Shown one piece after another: positions 1 through 12,979 of a DNA stretch of 64,000 nt. The stretch is from Camelus ferus (Eukaryota), in assembly GCF_009834535.1 (NCBI RefSeq), contig NC_045707.1:62560001-62624000 (forward strand), read 5' to 3'. Under the pieces are notes generated by a model. The model made no database searches. It was not told the origin of the DNA and saw only the letters and a program-made list of their open reading frames with translations. Made by a program: the position numbers and the translations under genes. How positions within the stretch are numbered: the first letter of the stretch is position 1; the number at the start of each line of letters is the position of its first letter.

Positions 1-2449
1 CTGCCAGCACATTTTCTTGATATTCTGGCATGTTTCTGAAAAGTCAAAAATAAAAACAAGCTTGGGCTAACAGCGAACTTTTGTTGATGCTAAGTTCCCT
101 TGCACTTGAAAACAGACTTGCCCGTATCTGTTAAAGATGTATTTCTTGCAAGCTCTTCTTCCACACATTTATTAATTCAGACAGGCTTCCTCTGGGTTTT
201 GGCCTGTGTGTATCTTCATGTAAACAGAGCTACAGATGGTTATGACAAGTTCTCGTTTGTGCATATTGCAGGGCATGCTGTGTGGCAAATTGCATTCGTG
301 TTTTTCCTCAAGTAGATTCAATGAATTTTCTTCCAGTTTCATTTTTCCCCATGATAGGGCATCATATGGCTCACAGTGAACAAATGTAAATCTAAAGTAG
401 CATGGGTACAAAATAAGGTGCTAATAAAATAACATTTCTATTGTATCAAGCTTTAATAAGGCCTGTAATTGGTTTTGGTTGCCAAACATATGGGTCAGTG
501 AGAATAACGCGGAAAGTAGATTAGATGCAATTCAGGCAGCTATATTAAGAACTCAATGTGGTGAATTTTGCTCCTATCACAGAAGTAGAGATGTTATGTC
601 ACTGATGTCAGTGTGCTCTTATTTCATCTAAAACCTTAAGTGTGCACTGAAAGCCAAAACTACAGAAGTCCTCTCAGGTGTATAAAATTAAAATCATTCC
701 ATTGTATAAATGAGATGGTGGAAGAAATTCATTCACAACCTTATGTTACTGATACTGTATTACTAATTAACTATACTAATAGTAAAATTGAAAAACAGGT
801 AACCCCAGAAGTCTCCATAGAATCACAAAAAGGCTAATTTCCAGTGTTGGGTCACCAGATAAGTATTACTAAAAGGGCTTGACTTTGGTTTTTGCTACCA
901 TGGAAAGATTTAAAAATTTCAGTAACAGAAATTCCTTCCCTATACTGGTCCTTCTTCTAATACTAGCAATAATCAAGTAACTTATGCCAAAGAGGGCTTA
1001 AATTAGATCGGGGCCCAAAAGCATGGTATTCAACTTTATGGAATAACAGAATGAAGATTTTATTCCCAGGGAACCATGCAGAGTGCATGGAATAGGGTGT
1101 CTGAATTAAAAGTAATTTCCTTCTGTAATCCCAACTGATTTCCTTAATGTACCTCAAATAACATTTCTAATTAAAGCTCAGTAAAGTTCATATACATATC
1201 AATTCTTAGGAAATCATCAATAAAATAGCTACTCACATTTCTCAACAATGCAAAGCTACCAGACTGATTTATTATTTTCTCCCCTGTTTTAAGGAATAGA
1301 GATTGACAAAGTAAAGCTAAAAGAAACTGACAGCAAAGATGAAAATTAGGTTGGATAATTTCTAACTTTAATTCTGTATTCAGCCTACTAATCACTAGAA
1401 AAATTGAACAAAAATCCATAATTCATTCCATAAACCTATCTACACGTAAGTCATCATAACTTTCCCCCAATTGAACAATTTTTACAAATTTATCTTAATC
1501 TTTTTCTTCCACAATAAAAGCTCCAGAGCTGTCAGGTCTCAGGTTTATAACTTCAGCTGCTTTTGGGTAATGTGAGTGCAAATGGATGCTGGAGGGATTT
1601 TTAAGAAAATTAACTTTTTTTCATTATCATATAAGTATAAAGAAAAAACCCTACTAAATTGATTTTGGCCAAACTTCCCAAAATATTCACTTTTAGGGTG
1701 AGAAGAAAAGAAAATTAATTCAGCTCAAAAGGACTTTTTGATGAAGTTATAAGATATTGAGATAGATACTCAAGCTCCAAATCATTTTCAACTTTAAATT
1801 CAGGGCTCATTATCACAGCAGTTGATATCCTGTACTTTTTATTGATCTCAGGAATGACAGAAAGGAAAAGATAAAAAAAAAAAAAAAAGAGAATCCTAGT
1901 AAAAGCAACAGGAAAATATAAGCCAACATGAACTTTCTAAAAAATAATATAATCTAATTTTGAAAAGGTTATAGAATTAGGGTGGGTATGGTTTTTTTTT
2001 TTTGGAATCAAATATTTTATTTCTAGTAGGAATATATGGTAAGTAATTAGTTCACTAGTCAATTTTCATTCATAACTCAAAAATCTCATGTATCAGTCAT
2101 TGATTACAAAACATAAGTAAAGATACACAAAAGGCCTCTAAAGTATAGATTATTTATTCTGGTAGGAGTTTTGCTGAGCAGGGGATATTAAGGAAAATTA
2201 TATTAAAAAAATAACAGCCCTTGTTTTAAAAATTAAATTACTATGAAGCATCATGTTCACAGATGTATGAATACTAAAATTGAAAAGAACTTCAAAGACA
2301 CTCAAGTTCAGTGTTTCTTAATCCAGTGTTTCTTTGCATTTTGTCCAGAACTTCGTTATATTTCCTTTTTCATGGGTTAGGAAACTAAGGCATTATAAAG
2401 CTAAAAGAAATTGACACCAAATATGAAATCACTCATTGGGCAGAACCAC

Positions 2450-2540
2450 TGGATTGCACACCACTGTGAATGCCCTAAATGCCTTTTATTTATACATTTT
2501 AAAAATGGTGATCACATGAATTTTGTATCAATAAAAAAGA
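2450..2540 (+). mobile_element. Old LINE-1 (L1MB/MC-like) extreme 3' end fragment
   Basis: GGATTGCACACCACTGTGAATGCCCTAAATGCC...TACATTTTAAAAATGG...CAATAAAAAA resembles the L1M 3' terminus with an A tail. Confidence 0.65.
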
Positions 2541-4002
2541 CATTTCCTCTTGTGTTATCTTAATATATTCAACATGTGTAGTTATTATGTTCTATCACTA
2601 CTTACTCAATGTTTTGTAAGTTGTTTTCTACAGAGTGGTGAATGAATAGTGAGGTGATAGGTATACATCACATGGAATTGGGCACCACTGTAAAAAAATC
2701 GTCTTTAATGTAAAGCATCACACTCTTTTACCAAATTACAGGAGAGAAACAGATACATACTTAGATCTTTTTGCCCCGGGCAAGAAATAAATTAACTCAT
2801 ATAGTATATAAGCTATTTTCTTGTTCTTTTGCTTTGTTTGGTTTGCTCTTTGGAGCTAGGAGACTGATCCCAAAGTTTTTTCACCAGGTTGAAGTAATAA
2901 TCAGAGAACCAGTGGGTATGAGAAATGTCTTTTGGATTTAATCCTTAAATACTGTCCACCCTCCCTCTTTTCATAATGTGGTCATCATCTTATCTTTACC
3001 TTCATTATTGAAGATATACAGTGTGGTGAATGGAAGGGAAAAGGACTAAAATTTCTCAGTTGTATTTCTTAGAAGTAAATTTTAGCCAATTAAGCTATTT
3101 GTTTTAATTAAATATTGTATTATGAGATTTCCTGTTGATTGAAGACTGCAGAGGTACAAATCTTGCTCCAAATCTTGTGTTCTTATATTTTATAACTAAT
3201 GAAAAAAAGAATAAAAATTAGAAGCTATCCTAGACATATTCTAGAGATGTGAATAGTGTCGTGTTCAAAAGAGAAACCTTATGGAATTTATTCTAGCAAT
3301 ATGAGAGCTATAAATGTCCTAAAGATTATTCTTCTAGCATGCTTTTTTTACTTTGTCAATCCTATTAGGCTTTCTGAATGAACATTTGAATTTTATTTGT
3401 TTAACCTTAATAATGGGTAAGAATTGTAAATCTTTTTACCTAAAATTAAAAATTGGTAACATAAATCAGTACATCCCTTTAAAGATGGCTCCAACTCTTA
3501 AAAGGTATTTTGGAAATGATTTGGAGGATTTTGCCAATTATTAAAATTACAGCATCCCCATTGGCTTTCTGTGCATCAGGCAGAGATGTTAAACTTCATA
3601 TTATTTGTAGAATTGCCTCCTACACTTAAGAATTTTTCCTGAATATGTGTGACTTATGAATAAATCATAGAAAATTCATGTATGTAAAATGTACTTATAA
3701 CTCTCTCAGGCTAGAGCCTAAACTGCACAATATAAACATACACAAATTATTTTTTGTGTAGTGTAATTTATAACAAAATTTCAGGAGTGAAATTACAGTA
3801 CAAGGTGAAGAAACAGTGTGCTTTGTTTTGCATGGAAATTAAACAAAAGTTGTCTTCCATTGTCACTGAAATAATACCACATGATATCTGAATTGCCACA
3901 ATTACCTGTGTTTGTCTGCATTGTAAATTTGGCAATTCATGGTGACTCTACACACAGGTGCAAGTTTCTGATTACTTGTCATCTAGTGGAGTAATGTTCC
4001 AG

Positions 4003-4042
4003 CATGCACAGATTTAAATACATACACAGATTTAAATACATG
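4003..4042. repeat. 18-bp tandem duplication
   Basis: CATGCACAGATTTAAATA followed by CATACACAGATTTAAATA and CATG. Confidence 0.9.
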
Positions 4043-4389
4043 TATGAAATTATGAGCATAGGTAGGTAATATAATGATTGAATTAACCTTCAAGATAACA
4101 ATGTCCCAAATGTCCCAAAAAGACAGTACAAATTATTTGTTGGAAAAAAGGAGATACTGAATTTGGTATGGTTGACAATTACTGATAACCATGCTTCATT
4201 ATTAGCATCTTTAGCATGTCTTCCCAGTTTCTTTGTGTTCTAGTACTTATCTATCAGTCTAAATTTATTGTTCTCCAATCGTTTCTTCAATACAAGCTCC
4301 AGAATATTGACATTTAAGTTCCTCCACGGACCAGTCTTACCTGCTTGATATTATTTCTTCAGTTTACAATGAGCCCTGCCTGCTTCTAT

Positions 4390-4680
4390 TTCTTGCCTAA
4401 CTCTTAGGTCTCTTTTAAGCCTCAACTAACATTCTACTTCCTTAAAGAAACCTTCCTTGCTCTTTCATTAAAGACTATATTTTTATCCTATCATTGATGA
4501 TATTTTAGAGTTACATATTTGTTTGAAAATTTGCTTAATGTCTGCATTCTAAGTCAACTATAAGACCCATGACCATAGTTAAACTGTAAGGACGATAGTT
4601 TTTGTTCACTTCTGTATATCCGACAGTTTTTCCAGTGCAGAGTCTATAGTGTGATTAAGCAACAAGTAATTAAATGAGTT
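4390..4680 (+). mobile_element. L2 LINE 3' fragment
   Basis: Degenerate L2 tail: AAGAAACCTTCCTT...TTTGTTCACTTCTGTATATCC...CAGTGC...AAATGAG. Confidence 0.55.
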
Positions 4681-4747
4681 ATAGTCAAATGAAAACAATG
4701 TGAATTTCAAGATATGCCCTATAATAAAATAATAAGTTTTAGGTCTT

Positions 4748-5100
4748 TTATTCAGTAAATATCTTTTTGCATACCTACTATGTAATAATAAATGTTCTTA
4801 GTACTGAAAATATAACAGTGAACAAAATAATTTTTAAAAATTGCCTCATTCAGTTTACATTCCAGAGGGAAGTAGAATGCATATATATATATACAGTAAT
4901 TTTAAATGTAGTGCTATGTCTGTACTAGATTCTAATCAGTGCTAAGAATAAAATCAAGGGTAGGAGGAGAGTTAGGAAGTGTTAACGGTGGTGAGATTTT
5001 TAGAATGGGTAACTAGGAAAGGTGTATTTAGAAAGTAGAACTTTAGTAGAAATCAGAAGAAAGAAGGACTAGTAGAAGTTAGCAAATATACAATGAGGAT
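4748..5100 (-). mobile_element. L2 LINE 3' fragment
   Basis: TTATTCAGTAAATATCTTTTTGCATACCTACTATGT...ACAGTGAACAAAA matches the reverse complement of the L2 3' end. Confidence 0.6.
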
Positions 5101-5259
5101 GTGAGGTAAAGAGCAAATTAGAAATTCATAGAGAAAAATGAAAGATAAATTTGATAATAAAAACTGGTAGAATATTCAGTATAAGTGAATAAATGGGTTA
5201 TGCAAATCAAAAGATTGTTTAGAAATTTCCTAACAGCAAATCCAAAGGGATATTTTTTA

Positions 5260-7655
5260 TTCATATCCACAAAACAAAAATCTATAGTAAATACACAAAA
5301 AGATAAAAGAGAAAGAAATAAGAGCATATCACTAAAGAAAGTAATCAAACACAAAGGAAGAGAATAAGAGAAGGAAAAACAATAAAAAGGAACTACAAAA
5401 ATAGAAGACAATTTTAAAAAATGGCAATAAGCACATGCCTATCAATGATTACTTTAAATGTAGGTAGATTAAATGTTCCAACAGAGACTTGTTGAATGGA
5501 TAAAATACGAGACCTATCTATATGCTGCATACGAGAGACTCACTTTAAATATAAAGACACATGTAGACTGAAAGTGAAGGGATGGAAAAATATATTTCAT
5601 GCAAATGGAAACCAAAAGATAGCTGGAGTAGCTATACTTATATCAAACAAAATAGAGTTTAAAACAACAAACTGTAATAAGAGACAAAGAAGGGCTTACA
5701 TAGTGATAAAGCGGTCAAACCAAGAAGCTAAAATATTTGTGAATATTTACACATTCAACATATTAGCACCTAAATATATAAAGCGAATATTAACAGACCT
5801 AAAAGCAAAAATGATAGCAATACAATAGCAGTAGGTGACTTTAATACTCCACTTGCATCAATAGATAGATCACCCAGACAGAAAATCAGTAAGAAAGTAT
5901 CAGCTTTAAATGACACATTGGACCCAATGGACTTAACAGATACTTACAGGACATTCCATCTAAAAGCAATGGAATACACATTCTTTTCAAGTGCACATGG
6001 ACATTTTCCAAGATAGTTCGTATGTGAGGCCAAAAAACAAGTCTTAATATATTTAAGAGAATTGAAGTCATATCAAGCGTCTTTTCCAACCACAGTGGTA
6101 CAAATGTATAGATACTTAGATGAAGAAAACTGGAAAAATTATGAATATGTGGAGATTAAGCAATATGATGCTGAATAACCAATGGGTTAAAAGAAATCAA
6201 AAGAGAAATTAAAAAATACCTTGAGAAAAATAAAAATGGAAATGTAACATACCCAAATTTATCAGGTGCAGGAAAAGCAGTTCTAAGAGAGAAAGTCACA
6301 GAGATAAATGCTTACTTTAAGAAACAAGAAAAGTCTCAAATAAACAGCTTAGCTTTATACATCAAGGAACTAGAAAAAGAACAAACAGCCAAAGTTAGTG
6401 GAAGAAAGAAAGATTGGAGCTGGCATAAATGAAATAGAAACTAAAAATTATATGCTAACAAATTGGACAACCTAGAAGATATTAATAACTTCTTAGAAGC
6501 ATTAACAACCTACTAAGACTGAGTCATGATGAAAGAGAAAATCTGAACAAATCAATTACTAGTAAGGAGATTGACTCAATAACCAAAAATCTCCCAACAA
6601 ACGAAAGTCACATCCAGATGGCTTCCCTGATGAATTCTACCAAAGATTCCCAGAAGAATCCATACCAATCTTTCTCAAACTTTTCCAAAAGACAGAAGAA
6701 GAGGAAACTCTTCCAGACTCACTTTATGAAGTCAACATTACCCTGGTACCAAAAACAGACAGGGATGCCACAAGGAAAGAAAATGAAAGATCTATATCCC
6801 TGTTGAACACAAATACAAAAATCTTCAAACAATATTAGCAACAATATATTAAAAGGATTACATACCATGATCAAGTGGGGTTTATTCTGGGGATTCTAGA
6901 TGGTTCAATATCTGTGAATCAGTCCATGTGATACACTTCATTAACAGAATGAAGGGTAAAAATCATATGCTCTTCTGCATAGATGTGAAAAAAGCATTTG
7001 ACAAAACTCAACATCCATTGATGATAAAAACTCTGAACAGGGTGGGTTTTGAGGGAATGCACCTCAACATAACCAAGGCCGTATTTTCACTATTGGTGGG
7101 AATGTAAATTGGTATAGGCAATATGGAAAACAGTATGGTGGTGTTCTTCAAAATATTAAAACTATATCTACCATATGACCCAGCAGTTACACTTCTGGAT
7201 ATGTATCTGAAAATAAAAATACTAACTTGAAAAGATACATGTACCCCATGTATATGGCAGCATTATTTGCAATAGCCAAGATATGAAAACAATCTAAGTG
7301 TCTACCAGTGGATGACTAGATAAATAAAATATGAAAAAGATATATACATAGCCATATATATTCCATTATATGTGGATATACATATACATGTACAATGGAA
7401 TATTACTCAACCTAGCCTTTTGCAACACCATGGATGGACTTTGAGGGCATTATACCAAGTAAAATAAATCAGACAAAGACAAATACCAAATGATTTCTTT
7501 TAAATGTGGAATCTATTTATATATATGTATTAAAAGGAGCTCATAGATAGAGAACACATTAGTGATTGACAGAGGTGGGGGTTGCGGGGTGGGAGAAATG
7601 TGTGAACTATTCTGGTTTTTTTTTTTAGTGTAAACAAATTGAGTTTTTAAAAAAT
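5260..7655 (+). mobile_element. LINE-1 (L1M-type), 5'-truncated with two internal deletions: inter-ORF region, ORF2 EN, partial RT, C-terminus and 3' UTR
   Basis: ORF 5496-5828 gives ICCIRETHFKYKDTCRLKVKGWKNIFHANGNQKIAGVAILIS (L1 endonuclease). Further L1 landmarks: GGTGACTTTAATACTCCACT, CCAGATGGCTTC...GAATTCTACCAA, AAAAAGCATTTGACAAAA, GGTGGGAATGTAAATTGG, CAATGGAATATTACTCA and a G-rich 3' UTR. Confidence 0.95.
5421..7085 (+). pseudogene. Disrupted L1 ORF2 (endonuclease and N-terminal RT), multiple frameshifts and stops
   Basis: ATG at 5421 (ATGGCAATAAGC...TCAATGATTACTTTAAATGTA) matches the ORF2 start; only short open stretches remain. Confidence 0.85.
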
Positions 7656-10600
7656 GATACTAAAAAAATATTATGTTTCAAAGTGTTGATTCTGATGCCT
7701 GACACGATACAAGTTGATTGAAACAATTTTTTTTTTTCTTACAGTACACATGCCTTTCTATGCCAAAGCTTGCTATCCTACTTTGTATCTACATCCTGAG
7801 CTGAGGTGTAATAACCTATTTCCACCTCTCTTAAAACATCAACTCCAAAGAATCCCGCCTGTGACATGATTATTTAATGCTCTGCTCCAATACTTTTCTT
7901 CTGTATTGGATACATGCATTTGCTTTGTATCTCTTCATATGATGACCTCCTTTCCATGTGATGCTGAGGGGATGACAGTTGTAGACCTTCAGCCTCCCTC
8001 GTTGTAATCCCAGCTGCCAGAGCCGCAGTTAAGCACTTCATGCCCCAGCTAAATGATTGGCCCAGTGGTGACAGAAGCAACGTCAATGCAGATTTAGTCT
8101 TTAGGGCTCATAGCAGCCGGATTGCCTGCCATGCAGGATCTCAACAGACCACCTAAACTAATTCTGTCCCTGTCCCTCTTGATCATGTCAATTAATAATT
8201 GTATTTGTTACTGAGCTACATTGAGATTATTTGTTTGCCATCCTCATCCTAAAAAGGTTTTCATAACATATTCACCCTTATGAAACTACTGTCTCTGCCT
8301 AGAAAATTGATTTTCTAGTTTTTTTTTCCTCTAGCATTAAACTTCTTATACAAAACTTACTAAACCTTAACTAAAATGGTACAGAACAGATTGAAGCAAG
8401 AAAGATGGAACTTCAGTCCCAGTGAAGTCTCATTTCTCTTTTGCTCCTGGAAGTGATTCTAGAAGTATTTTTAAAGAATCTATGCACTCCACAGAATATT
8501 AATAGAAAGAACAAAGTTCAATATTTTGAACCAGAAATTCAAACTTACCCACCATCTAAATCTAAATTGTCTTTTGTGCCCTACTTTCTACTTCTACATG
8601 TATTTTCTAGACCAACAAATGTCATCAATCATTCCTGACTCCATACAGTTATTTACATTCTTTTGCCAGTGCTTTTATTGAGGTTAAATTCTACATAAGT
8701 AGAATCACACTTGTATGTGGACGTCCCTAACAATTTTCCTTTGAAACCATTTCATGTAACTCTGAACGAGTCTACCAAATACTACCTGAACAGTTCACTT
8801 AGAGATTAACTCTGTGCTTATTCTTTTCATATCTAGTTTTATCATGATTTAAAAAAATAATTGATTTTTAGTTTTTCTGCATTATTTGGTTTCTTCCAAA
8901 CTGTATAATCATCATCTTGAAATAAGAATTGTATGTTGATATTTTGAATTTCTACAATACCTTGTGCATAGTAAAACCATTTCAAAATAATACATATTCA
9001 ACAAGTAGAAATTCTACACATTTAAAACCCTATAAATCTTTCCATATGTAGGAAACCCCCAAAGTTACCTTATTTACAATCCTGGCTTGAATTTTGCTAT
9101 TGATTTTTAAGATTGCCAGCTTATGCATCAATACGATGGGAAAAACTAACAGCAGACTATTGACTGTAATTCTTTGCATACTAAATGTAGTACTGACAAA
9201 TCTTTCCAGTTACCGGTTCGGTTAACTTTTTTTTTTTCCCAGTAACAGCTGAGGATGCCATTCTCTGTTGGGATTGCAAATTGGAAAGGATAAATATCCT
9301 TTACATTTTCAAACTTATAAATATGAACCATTTCTCTAAATATAATGCACACCATTCTTAATTCCTTTAGAAGCATAAACATTTCTTGACAAAATCTAAA
9401 GAATTTTTGGAATAAATATATTTTTCCTTGAAATTACATGGGTTTTTTTTTTCAGTCTAGAGTCACTCTCTTTCATTTATGCGTGCAGTAGTTTTAGAGT
9501 CTGTCCTAGCATATTTTTGCAATTTTAAAATATGTCAAAACCAGTAATAATCTGACTTACAAAGATGAAGCCTAATGAAATGATCTACAGCCTTCCTAGA
9601 ATACTTTAGCATTATGAGTCCTTTAACTTTTTCATAGTGCAAAACTTACTCTCTGAGATATTCGTTACCTTTATGATTCAATAATGACATCTTTCTAACT
9701 TTTCTACATTCTGTGCTGGAAAGAATAGATTGTAGCACACTCTTCTGGGAAGGAGCTGATGGCTATTGAAATAATTTGATTCATAAAATAGCATCACTGC
9801 TAGTGATTGTAGGGGAAAAACTTGAGTTTGTATTTATATTTTTGAAATGATAAATTTCATAAATAATGCTGGTTTGAACTCTGGCTCTCCTGAACCACAA
9901 TGCCATTGTAGTATCTGAAGTTACACCAGTAATCAGTGGCCAGAAGAGACATATGCAAGGTATTAACATTTAGCTAAATTATTTTGTTTAAGGGGCACAT
10001 ATATATATTCAGAATAAGTAAAATGTCAACATTAATCAACCATTACAAATTCTACTAGGAGATTAAAAAAATTTTGAGTACTTGACTGAAAGGTCTGATT
10101 TGTTAATTTTGCACTACAGTAAATGTATTTATACATAAAGAAAAAAGTCTATTGTACTCAAATCTCAGAAAATAAGTCAGTATTTATGCCGTAAATACAT
10201 CATTACACTAATAAAAATAAGGTAGCAGAGTAAAATAGCTACAATAATCCATCAAAATCACATTTTTCTATAAATATAGTCAATAGATATACGTGATTAT
10301 GAGAGTAAATACCTACATGGAATATACTTAACAGTTTTGTAATTTTATAGTTTCAAAGTATATATTCACATAAATCATCCAATATAATCCATATTGTATA
10401 CAAATGGACATAATTAGAATACAAACATTAAAATGCACACAAAGCCGCAAAAACCAAACATGAAAAGTCATAACTCTCTAGACATTCATTGATAGAAACA
10501 TGTCATGATAGCCTTCCAAAGCCTACAACGTCCCCCCTTTTCCACACTTACTAACACTGAGATCCTAAACACCCTCCTTTTTCATCAATCCAGATCTCAT

Positions 10601-11634
10601 AACTTGCTTTCCATTTAAATGTAGCTATCCCACGTTTTATCCTATATACAAGCTTCTTTTCCTTATTTCTTCTACTTATCTCTATTGGCCTAAATCCATT
10701 TAAAATGATCTCATTAATGAAGTATCCAAAAGGAGCTGATCTTACATTATTTCTACTATTATTGTTTATATTATACTATTTAACTTACGTATGAAATCGT
10801 TTTCATTCATATCCCACCTTCACATCTATAGACTTTGAATTCCCAATGTGTGACCAGCATATATCTTTCTCAGATAACTCTCATTTTTCTGCTATAAATG
10901 AAATTTAGAAGAAGAAATGGCTTAGAAATGTATACCTTTTAAAAATACTTTTTTTTAAAACATTCCTACAATTATCCAGTTAGTAAACAGAACAGGACAT
11001 TTAATTCTCATTTTTAAAAATGACCAACCTGATACCCAGGAAAAAAAAAAAAAGTCACTTTCCCAAAGTTACATCAGAAATTTCTCTAAGGCTGAGAACG
11101 TCCCTGCTTTAAACTTCCTGTCACCCACCTCCTTTCCTCTTGGCTTCATGCTAATTCCCAACTAGCCTTTTAAACCTAGAAAATGGGAAAGGGGCATCTT
11201 CTTGAGCAGGAAAAAGTCTTCTTACTGTTGTGTTTTGCCAGTTCCAAGGAAAGTAAGAGAGGGAAGAACTGAGCCATAAGCTAAAAGTAAGTGTCAAATA
11301 GGAGAACATTTTTCTGTAATCCAATTTTATTTCTAATTTCTGAATCTCTTGCTTTAGAAACGCCACCATATAACACTGTTGTCTAATTATGAAGTTAGAT
11401 TTCATTTTATCCTTTGAACACTGAACTTACCCTTTCTTGGGCGTGAGATGCATTTTGAGATGTAGTTAGAGGGAGAAGAAGGGAACTTTGAGGTCTCTAG
11501 TGTTTAATACGCTACTAACATTCATAAATACCTTTTACACAGAAGCAAGATAAATATAGTAAAGTTTGACTTTTTGCTTCTCAAATCCTCTTTTGCCATC
11601 TAAAGATGATTGACTTTTTGATTTCTGTTTATCT

Positions 11635-11817
11635 TTTTATTTTATTTTTTAAATTGAATTATAGTCAGTTTATAATGTTGCATCAGTTTCTGGTGTACAG
11701 CACAATGTTTCAGTCATACATATATATATACATATATTCCTTTTCATATTCTTTTTCATCATAGATTACTGCAACATATTGAATATACTTCCCTGTGCTA
11801 TATAGTATAAACTTGTC
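11635..11817 (-). mobile_element. Younger LINE-1 3' UTR end (cetartiodactyl/camelid-like)
   Basis: T-rich tail followed by AATTGAATTATAGTCAGTTTATAATGTTGCATCAGTTTCTGGTGTACAGCACAATGTTTCAGTCATACA...TTCCCTGTGCTATA. Confidence 0.8.
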
Positions 11818-12224
11818 TTGTTCTTAAGCCAGAATTATATATCCAAGAGTTGAGTGGTTCACAGTAACCAAAAAAATCAAGTGGGATGTACAATGTAGAG
11901 AAACTTTAGTTAAACCAAATTACCACAGTTTTAAGAGGGCCTTTACTAATCAACTCTCTACAAGGCATTGGAATAGGGTGCATGAATGATAAATCAAAAC
12001 TAGTGACAGCAAAAAATTTCACCCTCACCTTTGAGAATTCATGGAGAGGCATTTTGAATTCTTTTCAGGCAGAATGATTTTGGAAAAGTCAAATAACCTA
12101 CTTGTAATTCAGCTGAACTTGCTGTAGTCTTGAAAAATAATAGCAATTGCTAACTTACTCTGACTGGTTTACCAAATGGTAAGGATCAAAAGAGATGTAA
12201 TTAAAGTGGAACGAATACACATTA

Positions 12225-12345
12225 ACTATTAAACAGTCATAGTAAGTGTTATGCCCTGAGAATAAAATAATGAACAGACCTATTTCCCCTACCCTGGTGG
12301 AGCTTACAGTCTAATGGGAAAGATAAATTGATATAAATAATCACA
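12225..12345 (-). mobile_element. L2 fragment
   Basis: ATGAACAGACC...CCCTACCCTGGTGGAGCTTACAGTCTAATGGGAAAGA. Confidence 0.6.
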
Positions 12346-12347
12346 CT

Positions 12348-12845
12348 ATATCAGTTATCTATTAATTGATAATTCTGCATTACTAATGATCACAAAACCA
12401 TGGTGGCACACAAAAATAAGAGGTTATTAATCACCTATGTAGGCAGTTAGTGGCTTTGCCTGGTTGAACTCATTCACATGCTACAGGGGTGGCTGGCTGT
12501 AAGATGAACTAGGATGGCCTAGTTTGGGACAGCTGGGGCAACTTGACACTGCCCGCATGTTTCTCAACTGATAGCAGTATGGCCTGAGCACAGTGTCTCG
12601 GTAGTGTCAGAGACACAAGAGAGATCAAAGGAAAAGTAAGCCTCCTTTTGAGACTCTGACTCAAAACTGGCTCACCACATCGTCACTTCTGCCTCATTGC
12701 AAAAGCCAAATAAATTGCATGGCTGATCCCAGAATCAATGGGTGGGAGATTAATTCCACCTTTTTAGTGACAGGAAATTCATATTCACATGGCAAAGGGC
12801 TTGAATAGAAAAATGGGTGGAAAACTGGGCTCCTTACTGTCATCA
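12348..12845 (-). mobile_element. MaLR LTR (MLT1H-like)
   Basis: TATCAGTTATCTATT...GGCTGGCTG...AGGATGGCCT...GGGACAGCTGGGG...CACTTCTGCC...CACATGGCAAAGGG. Confidence 0.7.
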
Positions 12846-12979
12846 GTCTTTCATGTACACACTTCTGTATGCATAATCTCAAACCTTGCCCCAGTGGAAA
12901 CAGATAGCACTGTAACAATAAAAACTGACATAGACTGAGAAAAGTTTTGACATCTTCACCATTGCTTTGGAATTACAGG

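Noticed and set aside
5496..5828. 110-aa ORF as a host gene
   Set aside because: It is a fragment of L1 ORF2 endonuclease inside a disrupted element
7790..8240. Possible old LTR after the L1
   Set aside because: GC-richer and LTR-like, but too diverged for me to assign
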